Positions 8,959 through 17,458 of a stretch of 48,015 bases of DNA are shown piece after piece. Both the position numbers and the translations under genes were made by a program. Positions within the stretch are counted from its first letter, which is position 1. Every line of letters begins with the position of its first letter. The notes under the pieces were generated by a model. That model saw only the letters and a program-made list of their open reading frames with translations. It did no database searches and was not told the DNA's origin. Source of the stretch: Anaerolineae bacterium (GTDB lineage: Bacteria > Chloroflexota > Anaerolineae > B4-G1 > SLSP01); NCBI GenBank assembly GCA_003562365.1, contig PWVB01000338.1:1-48015 (forward strand), in the 5' to 3' direction.

Positions 8959-10098
8959 TTATAGTCCTATTATCGGCAGTACCAGGGTCAGCAACACGCC
9001 GCCAGCGATGGCTGAGCCCAGTTGGCCCGAGGTGTTTGCCCCCATCGCGTGCATTAACACGAAATTCGAAAAGTCCTCCTCTTGGGCGACACGCTGGGCC
9101 AATCGACCGGCCATCGGAAAGGCGCTGATGCCCGCGGCGCCAATGAGTGGGTTGATCTTCTTACCCGAGACGATATAGAGAAGCTTGCCGAAGAGCAGAC
9201 CCGCAGCTGTGTCCAGCCCGAAGGCAAAGAGACCCAAGATCAGAATCTTGAGCGTGTCCCACTGGAGAAAGGCCTCTGCCGTCATCGTGCTGCCGACCAC
9301 CAGCGCAAGAAAGAGCGTTGAGATGTTGATGATCTCGTTTTCGGCAGTCTGCGCCAATCTGGCGACGACGCCGGACTCCTTTAGCAGATTGCCCAGCATC
9401 AGCGAGGCAATCAGCGGAGCAGCCTTTGGGACTAGAATGCCGATAGCGATGGTAACAATGATAGGGAAGACAATCACGGCCAGTCCGGAGACGCTGCGCG
9501 GCGTGTAGACCATCTTGGTCAGGCGCTCCTGTCGTGTGGTCATCAATCGCATAATCGGTGGCTGAATAATGGGCACGAGACTCATGTAGGAGTAAGCCAC
9601 AACAGAGATCACGCCCAATAGCTCGGGCGCCAGTTGATTGGAGACATAGATACTGGTTGGTCCGTCGATAGCGCCAATGATTCCAATACTGGCAGCTTGG
9701 TTCAGTGGAAAGCCCACCAACAGCGCGAGGATGAGGGTACCGAAGATGCCAAACTGACCAGCAGCGCCCATAAGGGCGAAGAGGGGTTGTGCCAGAAGGG
9801 GCCGGAAGTCCATCATTGCCCCGACGCCGATGAAGATGAGCAATGGCAGGAGTTCATTGTCGACCATTGCGCGTTTGATGACGAAGAGCATCCCCTCCTC
9901 GACGGGGTCGATCATCGCCGACAGCGGCAGATTGCCGATAATACAGCCGATGCCGATCGGCAGCAACAGTACCGGCTCGTACTCCTTGGCAATCGCGAGG
10001 TAGATTAGAATTCCACCCACTGCCATCATGATCAGGCTGGGCCAGTTCTCAACCAGAGCGACTAGGCCCTCCATCAAGGTGCTGAGATCGGTGCTCAC
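8959..10098 (-). CDS. Na+-translocating decarboxylase, beta (membrane pump) subunit, OadB/MmdB/GcdB family
   Basis: MEGLVALVENWPSLIMMAVGGILIYLAIAKEYEPVLLLPIGIGCIIGNLP closely parallels OadB N-termini, and the protein is polytopic throughout. The preferred start is GTG 10098, with AAGGAA 5-6 nt upstream; it overlaps the GNAT stop as GTGA. An alternative is ATG 10074. Confidence 0.9.
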   Translation of the reverse strand: MSTDLSTLMEGLVALVENWPSLIMMAVGGILIYLAIAKEYEPVLLLPIGIGCIIGNLPLSAMIDPVEEGMLFVIKRAMVDNELLPLLIFIGVGAMMDFRPLLAQPLFALMGAAGQFGIFGTLILALLVGFPLNQAASIGIIGAIDGPTSIYVSNQLAPELLGVISVVAYSYMSLVPIIQPPIMRLMTTRQERLTKMVYTPRSVSGLAVIVFPIIVTIAIGILVPKAAPLIASLMLGNLLKESGVVARLAQTAENEIINISTLFLALVVGSTMTAEAFLQWDTLKILILGLFAFGLDTAAGLLFGKLLYIVSGKKINPLIGAAGISAFPMAGRLAQRVAQEEDFSNFVLMHAMGANTSGQLGSAIAGGVLLTLVLPIIGL

Positions 10099-10886
10099 TC
10101 TATTTCCTTGCTCGGAACGCGCAGGACGCATGTCATCGCATACATCATCCGCTCGCGGGTGAATCCCAGCTTCTCGAAGAGGTTCAGGGCACCAACATTG
10201 TCGGCCTGGACCACGGTGAAGACATTGCGCCCATAGGCCAGATGTGCCAGTAGCAGGGCCGAGACCACGGCAGTGGCAAATCCCCGCCGCCGGAATTCCT
10301 TACGCGTCACGACATTGCCGATCTCTGCCGCTCCAGGCAAGCAAACTGGTGTTGTCGCCATAGCGACAAGTTTGCGCCGATCCCATACGCCAAAAGCAGG
10401 ACCTTGCGCGAGGGGGTCATCGGAGACGAGGTTTAATGGCACGTTCTCCGCTTTGGCGAGGGCTTGGACGGCGGCAGCGTCATTCTCGACGAGCTCAGTG
10501 GCGGCCTCGTCGTCGAGCTCCTGACCCTCGCCCCGGTAGAGCATTTGCCATTTGGGTGCAGCAGACTGAACCTCAAAAGCATGCTCGACGATGCACCGCT
10601 GCTCTTCGTTGACCAGCAGCTCGACCTGACTTCCGGGATCGGCCAGAAAGGTGGCATAGGTGGAGAGCAGGTCGGAGGAGTTGCCTACGAAGGCTAATCC
10701 CAACCGCGGCACCGCGCGGCAACTGGCGACCGACATCGCAGGGGAGTGTGCGATATCGCATTCTGCAGCCAGCGTGGTCACATTCGCAACAAAGGTGAAG
10801 TGTGCCAGCGTCCAGTCCAGATCGCGTGTTTTCATCTCCAGCTGGTTGGCCAGCGGAGAAGGGCGGTTTGCAGCATTCATCAGCAT
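10095..10886 (-). CDS. GNAT-family N-acetyltransferase with an N-terminal extra domain, embedded in the decarboxylase operon
   Basis: The C-terminal region GAAEIGNVVTRKEFRRRGFATAVVSALLL...ADNVGALNLFEKLGFT matches GNAT motif A (R/Q-x-x-G-x-G/A) plus the beta-bulge region. I do not recognise the N-terminal ~150 aa. ATG 10886 lies 1 nt after the biotin-carrier stop (TAAtATG), with GAGG 6 nt upstream. Confidence 0.8.
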   Translation of the reverse strand: MLMNAANRPSPLANQLEMKTRDLDWTLAHFTFVANVTTLAAECDIAHSPAMSVASCRAVPRLGLAFVGNSSDLLSTYATFLADPGSQVELLVNEEQRCIVEHAFEVQSAAPKWQMLYRGEGQELDDEAATELVENDAAAVQALAKAENVPLNLVSDDPLAQGPAFGVWDRRKLVAMATTPVCLPGAAEIGNVVTRKEFRRRGFATAVVSALLLAHLAYGRNVFTVVQADNVGALNLFEKLGFTRERMMYAMTCVLRVPSKEIE

Positions 10887-10887
10887 A

Positions 10888-11361
10888 TTATGCCTCGTCA
10901 ATCTCCATCAAGACGGTGTCGTGTTGGATCTGCTGCCCTATGCTGACGAAGATCCTCTTGACGATCCCGGACTGGGTCGCCCGGATCGGATTGTTCATCT
11001 TCATCGCTTCAAGCACGCAGAGTTCCTGTCCTCGCTCGATTCTATCACCCTCAGAGACGCTGATGCCGACGATGGTGCCCGGCAGTGGGGCTTTGACCTC
11101 ACCATCGCTCCCCGATGCGGGGGCTGAGAGACCACCCGGCGCCTCAGGGGGGCTGGGAGTTGCTGTTGTCTTGATGGGGGCAGAGGGCTCCGACGGCGTT
11201 TGAGCGGAGCGGGCGTCCACCACGGGATCGGCAGCGGGCTGAGGCGCCACCTCCACCTCGAAGGTCCTGCCTTCGACAATGGCTCGTACAGGGCGTTCAG
11301 CCAGGTCGGGAATCTCTACAAGAAATTCCTGCCCCTCAACCACTACACGGTAGTTTGGCAT
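10888..11361 (-). CDS. biotin carboxyl-carrier subunit of the decarboxylase (MmdC/OadA-C-term type)
   Basis: The C-terminal biotinyl domain carries the biotinylation motif LEAMKMNNPI. It follows an Ala/Pro-rich linker (APQPAADP...TPSPPEAPGG). Confidence 0.9.
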   Translation of the reverse strand: MPNYRVVVEGQEFLVEIPDLAERPVRAIVEGRTFEVEVAPQPAADPVVDARSAQTPSEPSAPIKTTATPSPPEAPGGLSAPASGSDGEVKAPLPGTIVGISVSEGDRIERGQELCVLEAMKMNNPIRATQSGIVKRIFVSIGQQIQHDTVLMEIDEA

Positions 11362-11385
11362 AGCATCCTCATCTCAAGATGTGCT

Positions 11386-11790
11386 TTATTGCTGTGGTTT
11401 TCGCGATTCATAGCGCAGCCGACGTGATAAATGCAACCCACGGGCGAAGTCATTCCAAGCCTCGTGGGTTTCCCGGCAAACTGGCTTGTCGGAGTGGGAC
11501 GCGTCGGCCTCTGCCAGCGCCAGCGCGACGGCAACTGTGGCGGCGGCGGTGCGACGTTGTGCTTCCTCAAGCTCAGCTAACGTGCCAGACTCTGGCGCTG
11601 CTGATGGATATAGCCGGGTCCTCTCAGGCTCACTTTCCGATGGTCCTGCCTCATCCATAGTCGCCGGCTCCTTTCCCTTGAACAATGCAGTTAACAGATA
11701 CATACCCAAGACTAAAGCACCGAGGCTCAGAAAGGTCATGCCCATACCCAGGACCGTCAGCTCCAGCGCCGTTGTCAAAACCTCTTCCAT
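11386..11790 (-). CDS. OadG-like small membrane subunit of the Na+-pumping decarboxylase
   Basis: It has a single N-terminal TM helix with the OadG pattern (MEEVLTTALELTVLGMGMTFLSLGALVLGMYLL), then an acidic/Ala-rich linker and a basic C-terminus. The position between the carboxyltransferase and biotin-carrier genes fits. Confidence 0.7.
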   Translation of the reverse strand: MEEVLTTALELTVLGMGMTFLSLGALVLGMYLLTALFKGKEPATMDEAGPSESEPERTRLYPSAAPESGTLAELEEAQRRTAAATVAVALALAEADASHSDKPVCRETHEAWNDFARGLHLSRRLRYESRKPQQ

Positions 11791-11850
11791 GTCTCGATAG
11801 GTCCCCTGAATCTGCGGATGCTGACCCTCGCTTGCCGTTCGCGCCCAACT

Positions 11851-13395
11851 CTAGACCGGCATGAGCCCGTGCTTTTTGGGCGGCACAGAGCGCGTCTGCT
11901 CCTGCAGCGTTTCTAGCGCGGCGATGAGCTCCGGACGCGTGCGGGCTGGCTCGATGACATTGTCCAATACGCCCCGCCGGGCCGAGTAGTAGGGTGTGGC
12001 ATGGATCTCACGGTACCGGGCGACGAGTTCGGCGCGTAGGGCCTCGGGGTCCTCTGCCTCGGCCAACTCTCGACGGTTAAGGACGCTGACCGCGCCGTCT
12101 GGACCCATCACCGCGATCTCGGCTGTAGGCCACGCCAGATGGACGTCAGCGCCTAAGCTCTTGCTCCCCATCACGATGTAGGCGCCTCCATAGCCTTTAC
12201 GAGTGACGATCGATATTTTGGGCACCGTCGCTTCTACATAAGCGTAGATGATCTTGGCGCCGTGACGGATGATACCGCTGTGCTCCTGCCCTACGCCGGG
12301 CAGGAACCCTGGCGAGTCCGCCAAAGTGATCAACGGAAGGTTGAAGGCGTCGCAGAAGCGCACAAACCGGGCGATCTTGTCTGAGGCGTCAATGTCGATG
12401 GCGCCAGCAAGCACCAACGGTTGCTGCGCTACCACACCGATCGCGCGTCCGTTGAGGCGGGCGAAACCGACGATGGCGTTCTGAGCCCAGCTTGCCTGCA
12501 CCTCAAACCAGCTACCGCGATCCATAACCGCTAAGATCACGTCGTACATGTCATAGGGCTCATTAGGCGCTTCAGGGATCAGTTTGTCCAGGGCTGATGC
12601 GGTGCGGGAGGGATCATCGGAGGGCGCAACCGTGGGCGCCGCTGTCACATTGTTCGGTGGGAGGTAGGTAAGCAGTTGACGCACCAATGCCAATGCGTGC
12701 GCCTCATCCTCGCCCACGAAGTGTGCCACACCACTTATGCTTGCGTGGACCCGGGCTCCGCCTAACCCTTCATGGTCGATCTCCTCACCGGTTACGCTTT
12801 TTACGACGTCCGGTCCGGTAATGAACATCATAGAACTCTTGTCGGTCATCACGACGAAGTCGGTGAGGGCCGGACTATAAGAGGCTCCTCCGGCGCAGGG
12901 TCCGAGAATCACCGAGATCTGTGGTACGACCCCGGAGGTCAGGGCGTTATGGCGGAAGACTTCACCGTAACCTTGAAGTGACATCACGCCTTCCTGGATC
13001 CGCGCTCCGCCTGAATCTAATAGGCCGATGATCGGGAAGCCATTGTGCAGCGCCATCTCCTGGACTTGCACGATCTTCCGGGCGTGCGCCAGCGAAACTG
13101 AGCCGCCGTATACGGTAAAGTCCTGAGCGTAGACTAAGACCTTACGCCCATCGATAGTGCCGTATCCGGTGACTACTCCATCACCCAGGATTGCGTCCTC
13201 TTCGTCAGGATGCGCAACGGTAAAAGGCTGCACCTCATGGAACGAATCTGTGTCCAGGAGTTCAGCAAGGCGCTCGCGCGCTGTCATACGCCCCTTAGCG
13301 TGTTGTCGGTCGATGCGCGCTGCTCCCCCGCCGCTCTCGGCGAGTTTTCTCATCTCCTTCAGCGCCGTAAGGCGTGGATCCTCTATCTGACTCAC
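11851..13395 (-). CDS. acyl-CoA carboxyltransferase (methylmalonyl-CoA decarboxylase alpha / propionyl-CoA carboxylase beta family)
   Basis: A 514-aa protein: ...RIDRQHAKGRMTARERLAELLD..SF.E...VVTGYGTIDGRKVLVYAQDFTVYGGS...GGARIQEG... This is the typical two-lobed carboxyl_trans fold signature. Confidence 0.92.
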   Translation of the reverse strand: MSQIEDPRLTALKEMRKLAESGGGAARIDRQHAKGRMTARERLAELLDTDSFHEVQPFTVAHPDEEDAILGDGVVTGYGTIDGRKVLVYAQDFTVYGGSVSLAHARKIVQVQEMALHNGFPIIGLLDSGGARIQEGVMSLQGYGEVFRHNALTSGVVPQISVILGPCAGGASYSPALTDFVVMTDKSSMMFITGPDVVKSVTGEEIDHEGLGGARVHASISGVAHFVGEDEAHALALVRQLLTYLPPNNVTAAPTVAPSDDPSRTASALDKLIPEAPNEPYDMYDVILAVMDRGSWFEVQASWAQNAIVGFARLNGRAIGVVAQQPLVLAGAIDIDASDKIARFVRFCDAFNLPLITLADSPGFLPGVGQEHSGIIRHGAKIIYAYVEATVPKISIVTRKGYGGAYIVMGSKSLGADVHLAWPTAEIAVMGPDGAVSVLNRRELAEAEDPEALRAELVARYREIHATPYYSARRGVLDNVIEPARTRPELIAALETLQEQTRSVPPKKHGLMPV

Positions 13396-13487
13396 TCACT
13401 TCCTCCTCGCTGATAGCCTTTCAGAAACCGCGGGGCCCATCAAAGCCCCAGAGTACTGTCAGTTCACCTTCTTACCTGTTCCATTTT

Positions 13488-14219
13488 CTAGGCATTGGGA
13501 GAGGGTGATATGGACTTGACGCCGGTGTGGATCACCACGCTACCGAGCATCCGCGCCTGCCAGGTTACGTTATGAAGGCCCGCCTGGACCATTGTATCTG
13601 CCAGCGCGCCAGGCTCAAGAAATGATCTGACCGAGCGGGGTAGATAACGGTAGGGTGCGTGTGCTCCGGAAGCCAGGAATCCGAAGAGCGGCGGCACGAT
13701 GAAGAAATAGAGGCCAAAGAGCCAACGCTTCAGAAAATGTCGAGGCCAGCTCATCTCTAGACAAACCACGCGCCCACCGGGACGCACCACCCGGGCCTGC
13801 TCCGCAAAAGCTTGAGCGACATCTGGCACATTGCGCATCATAAAGGCCGACGTCACAGCATCAAAGCTGTCGTCGGCGAAAGCAAGCGCTAGGCCGTCAC
13901 TGATGGTCCAGGGAAGCCCAATCTCGCTAGCCCGAGCCTTCTGCTGGGCCTGCTCAAGCATCGCTGGCGTCAGATCTGTTCCTACCACCTGCAGTTCAGG
14001 GTAAAGTCGACGTGCCAATAACGCCAGATCCCCGGTGCCGGTCGCCACATCTAGAAGCCGTCCTGAGTCTGAGGCAGCAACTGCAATCAGCGCCACCTCG
14101 CGCCACCGCTGATCCTGTCCTAGGGAGATCACGCGGTTGACAATGTCGTAGCGCTTTGCGATCCTGGTGAACAGGGCACGAATGGCGCGCTTTTGCGTCT
14201 GCTCGGCTTTAACTGACAA
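13488..14219 (-). CDS. ubiE: demethylmenaquinone/ubiquinone C-methyltransferase (UbiE/MenG family)
   Basis: FTRIAKRYDIVNRVISLGQDQRWR is the UbiE N-terminal signature. The SAM motif I is LLDVATGTGDLAL, followed by ...FMMRNVPD.... The start codon is TTG at 14219; there is no nearby ATG. Confidence 0.85.
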   Translation of the reverse strand: MSVKAEQTQKRAIRALFTRIAKRYDIVNRVISLGQDQRWREVALIAVAASDSGRLLDVATGTGDLALLARRLYPELQVVGTDLTPAMLEQAQQKARASEIGLPWTISDGLALAFADDSFDAVTSAFMMRNVPDVAQAFAEQARVVRPGGRVVCLEMSWPRHFLKRWLFGLYFFIVPPLFGFLASGAHAPYRYLPRSVRSFLEPGALADTMVQAGLHNVTWQARMLGSVVIHTGVKSISPSPNA

Positions 14220-14279
14220 GGTTCAATGGTCCGCAGTTACAGCTTCTATGTAGGCACCGAAGCGTCCTTTAACACTGGC

Positions 14280-14285
14280 ATTATA
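14280..14285 (-). promoter_or_regulatory. possible -10 box (TATAAT on the minus strand) for ubiE
   Basis: A perfect TATAAT (plus-strand attata, 14280-14285) lies ~60 nt upstream of the ubiE start, inside the 172-bp gap. The -35 is poor. Confidence 0.25.
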
Positions 14286-14391
14286 GCCTTCTTGAATCGC
14301 AAACCGTAGTGGGAACTGTCACGTCCCGCCGCGATGAGTCTCACTCGGCGGAAAGGAGTTCCAGCGCCTCCTTGCCCGGTAACAGCATGTC

Positions 14392-15264
14392 TCAAAGCGG
14401 GTTCGTGGATGATTCACCGTCTGCGGTGGGGGCTGGTCGGCGTTGACGTAGTTTGTGCCCAACGCGATTGAGAAGTGGGGGGTCCTTCCATAGCAATGCG
14501 TCGATCTGGACAGCGGTGGCCCCTAAGGTGAGGCAGTCGAGGGCGTCTTGTGGGGAGCCAATTCCACCGCAGGCGATGATAGGCAGCGCCAGCTTGTCAC
14601 TCCACCGTGATAGGACGTTCAGCAGCAGGGGAAAGAGCGCACGGCCGTATAGACGTCCCCGCATGTAATGGGCCACCGGACTGTCTAGGCCCTCGTTGGA
14701 GATTGGCAGGACAGCACGCGGCGGTGCAGTGAGGGTAAGCGCATCAGCACCGTGGTTGGCGAAGCGCGGCGCCCACGCTGCCATCCGCTCTAGAGGAATC
14801 TGTGCGATTACTGGCAAGGTTCCTTCCTGGGCCGCCGCCATGCAGTCCACAGCACGCCGCGTCGTGGCTTGGGTGGCGTAACCCAGTTCCACGGCTGCGA
14901 CGTTAGCGATGCTGGATAGATAGCCGACGGATTCCGCGACTTCGGTGGGCTGAGTGGCGAGTAGATGGACGATGACGGGCACCGGCAGGTGCGACCAGAC
15001 GTCTCGGTAGTCACGGACAACCTTGTGGAGCCCCGGATTTGGCCAACCGGTATGGACAACAAACGTATCGTCCCGGGTCTGGATTCGTTGGCCCCGTGCA
15101 GCCCGGCGTGGTCGCAGGCTTATCGGGTTAGTCACCACCGCACCTAACAGTGCCAGATCTATGAGATCGCGGTAGGCGTCTCCAAATCCGAAGACACCGC
15201 TGGCGGGCATCAGCGGTGTAGCGAGAGGAAGTCCATATTTGTGTTTGGGTGCCAGCTCGATCAT
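14392..15264 (-). CDS. dihydroorotate dehydrogenase (class 1B PyrD)-like TIM-barrel protein, divergent
   Basis: The ends match the DHOD family: LATPLMPASGVFGFG near the N-terminus and PIIACGGIGSPQDALDCLTLGATAVQ near the C-terminus. The internal catalytic motifs look replaced (AVELGYATQA where I expect ELN(I/L)SCPN). See findings. Confidence 0.7.
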   Translation of the reverse strand: MIELAPKHKYGLPLATPLMPASGVFGFGDAYRDLIDLALLGAVVTNPISLRPRRAARGQRIQTRDDTFVVHTGWPNPGLHKVVRDYRDVWSHLPVPVIVHLLATQPTEVAESVGYLSSIANVAAVELGYATQATTRRAVDCMAAAQEGTLPVIAQIPLERMAAWAPRFANHGADALTLTAPPRAVLPISNEGLDSPVAHYMRGRLYGRALFPLLLNVLSRWSDKLALPIIACGGIGSPQDALDCLTLGATAVQIDALLWKDPPLLNRVGHKLRQRRPAPTADGESSTNPL

Positions 15265-15265
15265 A

Positions 15266-16042
15266 TCAAGTAGCTAAGAAATCCAGTAGATCGAAGACTG
15301 GGCCCTCGACACAAGCTCGCTGCTCACCGCGGCGGGTCGTGATGCGACAGACATCGCAGGCGCCCACGCCGCAGGGCATCGGCACCCGCACAAAGGCCTG
15401 CGCGAAGTCCGATCCTGGCAGCAGGCGCGTCTCCTGCACGATCTGAGCGAAGGCCGGATAGCGCCCTGGATCGCAGGCCAGGCAGACGCGCTCGGCCCAG
15501 GTCAACAGCTCGCGCAGTCGTGCCCCGGCTCGCTCCAGTCCCGGAGGTGCGGCGCCTTCGACCTCAAGGGGCCCTAGATATCCTGCGGAGCCGTCGCGAG
15601 TGGCCAGGATCAGTTCCAGAGCTGGAGGAAAGCTGCTGGGTGATGGCAACTGGGCCCTGGTGGTTGCCTCCACCACCAGGGCTACCGACGAGGCCGTCTG
15701 GTAGAGCGGGCGCAGGTAAGGCAGATAGGTGCTTTCAGCAACAAGCAGCAGTCTGTCCAGAGGATGCCCGGTGGGGACGAGCCGAAATCCTTGTCCTAGC
15801 GGTCCCAGTAAGTTGACAGGAGTGCCGGGCAGTAAAGCGGTTGCCGCGTGCCCTGGGGGGACCACGGTGACCAATCCCGCATCGTCCAGCAGAGTCGGAT
15901 ATAGGGGTTCCCAGAGCGGCCCACCAAGGTCGGCCAGCACATAGGCCCCAGGCACCGGCACCCGATCCGCGTCCAGCCTCACCTCCCACAGGGGCGGTGC
16001 TGGACGCGCATACCGAAGCGTGGCAGTCTGCTGTTTTGTCAA
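15266..16042 (-). CDS. PyrK-like (DHOD electron-transfer subunit family) 2Fe-2S protein, divergent
   Basis: The C-terminal PMPCGVGACDVCRITTRRGEQRACVEGPVFDLLDF matches the PyrK C-x5-C-x2-C...C 2Fe-2S region. LLGPLGQGF matches PyrK (V)LGPLGNGF. The glycine-rich LVGGGxGxxP motif reads LLLVAESTYLPYL. The stop is 1 nt from the PyrD-like start (TGAtATG). Confidence 0.7.
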   Translation of the reverse strand: MTKQQTATLRYARPAPPLWEVRLDADRVPVPGAYVLADLGGPLWEPLYPTLLDDAGLVTVVPPGHAATALLPGTPVNLLGPLGQGFRLVPTGHPLDRLLLVAESTYLPYLRPLYQTASSVALVVEATTRAQLPSPSSFPPALELILATRDGSAGYLGPLEVEGAAPPGLERAGARLRELLTWAERVCLACDPGRYPAFAQIVQETRLLPGSDFAQAFVRVPMPCGVGACDVCRITTRRGEQRACVEGPVFDLLDFLAT

Positions 16043-16048
16043 TGCGTC

Positions 16049-17458
16049 TTAGAGGTCTATAGCGTGTAGGGCTTTGCCAAAGACGGCATGGGCGGCCTCC
16101 ATCACCGCCTCATTAAGAGTGGGATGAGCATGAACGGTCTGGGCGATTTCATCCGGCGTGAGCTCCCAACGAGCTGCTAGGACGAGTTCGGGCAGCACCT
16201 CCGTCGCCTCCGGTCCGACGATTACCGCGCCGACAATCTCGTGAGTTGTGGCATCGGAGATGATCTTAACGAAGCCAACGTTCTCCCCCAGTGCCAGCGC
16301 CTTGCCGTTGGGCAGAAAGGGAAATCTGCCAATGGCGATGCTGGGAAGCTGCTCCCGGGCCTCTTCTTCGTTCATGCCGAAGGAGGCGACCTGCGGCGAG
16401 GTGTAGGTTGCGCGGGGCACGTGCTGCACGTTGAAGGGCGCCGGATTCAGCCCGGCGATGCTCTCGACGGCAATGAGTCCTTGTGCCGAAGCAGCGTGGG
16501 CTAACGGCAGACGACCATTGAGATCGCCGACGGCATAGATATGGGAGAGGCTGGTCTGCATCATATCGTTGACCTGGACCCATCCGTTTTCCGTTTGGAC
16601 GCCCACTTCTTCCAGCCCCAGATTCTCACTGTTAGGTCGGACGCCAATGGCGACCAGCGCAACATCCGCCTCGAGTTCCTCCTCACCGTCGGGGCCTTCC
16701 ACGTGTACCCGGACGCCGGCGTCGGTATTGGCGACCTCCTGAACCCGAGTGGAGGTCAGCACCTTGATCTTCTGACGGCGAAGATAGCGGTTGAGCTCCG
16801 CGGCGGCCTCAGTGTCCTCTGCCGGCAGGACCTGATCCAGCATTTCAACCACCCTGACGTCGGTCCCGTAAGCATTCCAGATGGTGGCGAACTCAAGGCC
16901 GATGGGTCCGGCACCGATAATGACTGCGGAGGCCGGCAGAGTCCTTCTCTCCAGGGCCTCCCGGTAAGTCAGGATACGCTCACCATCAACCTCCACACCG
17001 GGAATGGTACGCGCGCGCGCGCCGGCGGCCAGAATCAGGGCCTGGGCCTCAAGTCTTTGCGTTCCGCCACCGGCGAGTGCGACCTCGACCTCTGTGGGAG
17101 AGATCAGCTGTGCCTCTCCCTCGATGACGTCAACCGCATTGCCTTTCATCAGGCTCTCAACGCCTTTGACCAGACGGCCCGCGACCTTGCGGCTGCGCGC
17201 AATCGCTGCTGCGAAATCCAGGGTCACGTTCTCGGCTTCGAACCCGAACTCTCGCCCGCCACTGGTGACCATCCGGGCCACTTCAGCATTGCGCAGCAGC
17301 GCTTTAGTGGGGATGCATCCCCAGTTCAGACAGACACCTCCCAGGCTTTCGCGTTCTACCAGCGCCACTCGCATCTCCAGCTGCGATGCGCGAATGGCGG
17401 CTACATAGCCACCAGGTCCTGCGCCAACAATGACTAGATCGTATTCAGCGTTGCCCAT
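16049..17458 (-). CDS. lpdA: dihydrolipoyl dehydrogenase (E3)
   Basis: YDLVIVGAGPGGYVAA (FAD), the redox disulfide GGVCLNWGCIPTK, and the C-terminal HAHPTLNEA His-Glu motif. The start is re-set to ATG 17458, preceded by AAGGAG. The 96 upstream codons of the track ORF are spurious. Confidence 0.93.
   Translation of the reverse strand: MGNAEYDLVIVGAGPGGYVAAIRASQLEMRVALVERESLGGVCLNWGCIPTKALLRNAEVARMVTSGGREFGFEAENVTLDFAAAIARSRKVAGRLVKGVESLMKGNAVDVIEGEAQLISPTEVEVALAGGGTQRLEAQALILAAGARARTIPGVEVDGERILTYREALERRTLPASAVIIGAGPIGLEFATIWNAYGTDVRVVEMLDQVLPAEDTEAAAELNRYLRRQKIKVLTSTRVQEVANTDAGVRVHVEGPDGEEELEADVALVAIGVRPNSENLGLEEVGVQTENGWVQVNDMMQTSLSHIYAVGDLNGRLPLAHAASAQGLIAVESIAGLNPAPFNVQHVPRATYTSPQVASFGMNEEEAREQLPSIAIGRFPFLPNGKALALGENVGFVKIISDATTHEIVGAVIVGPEATEVLPELVLAARWELTPDEIAQTVHAHPTLNEAVMEAAHAVFGKALHAIDL

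Noticed and set aside
16541-17437. A 298-aa plus-strand ORF.
   Set aside because: It lies entirely antisense to the well-supported lpd gene. Its composition is low-complexity and Arg/Gly/Asp-rich, and I recognise no family. This is a typical shadow ORF of a high-GC genome.
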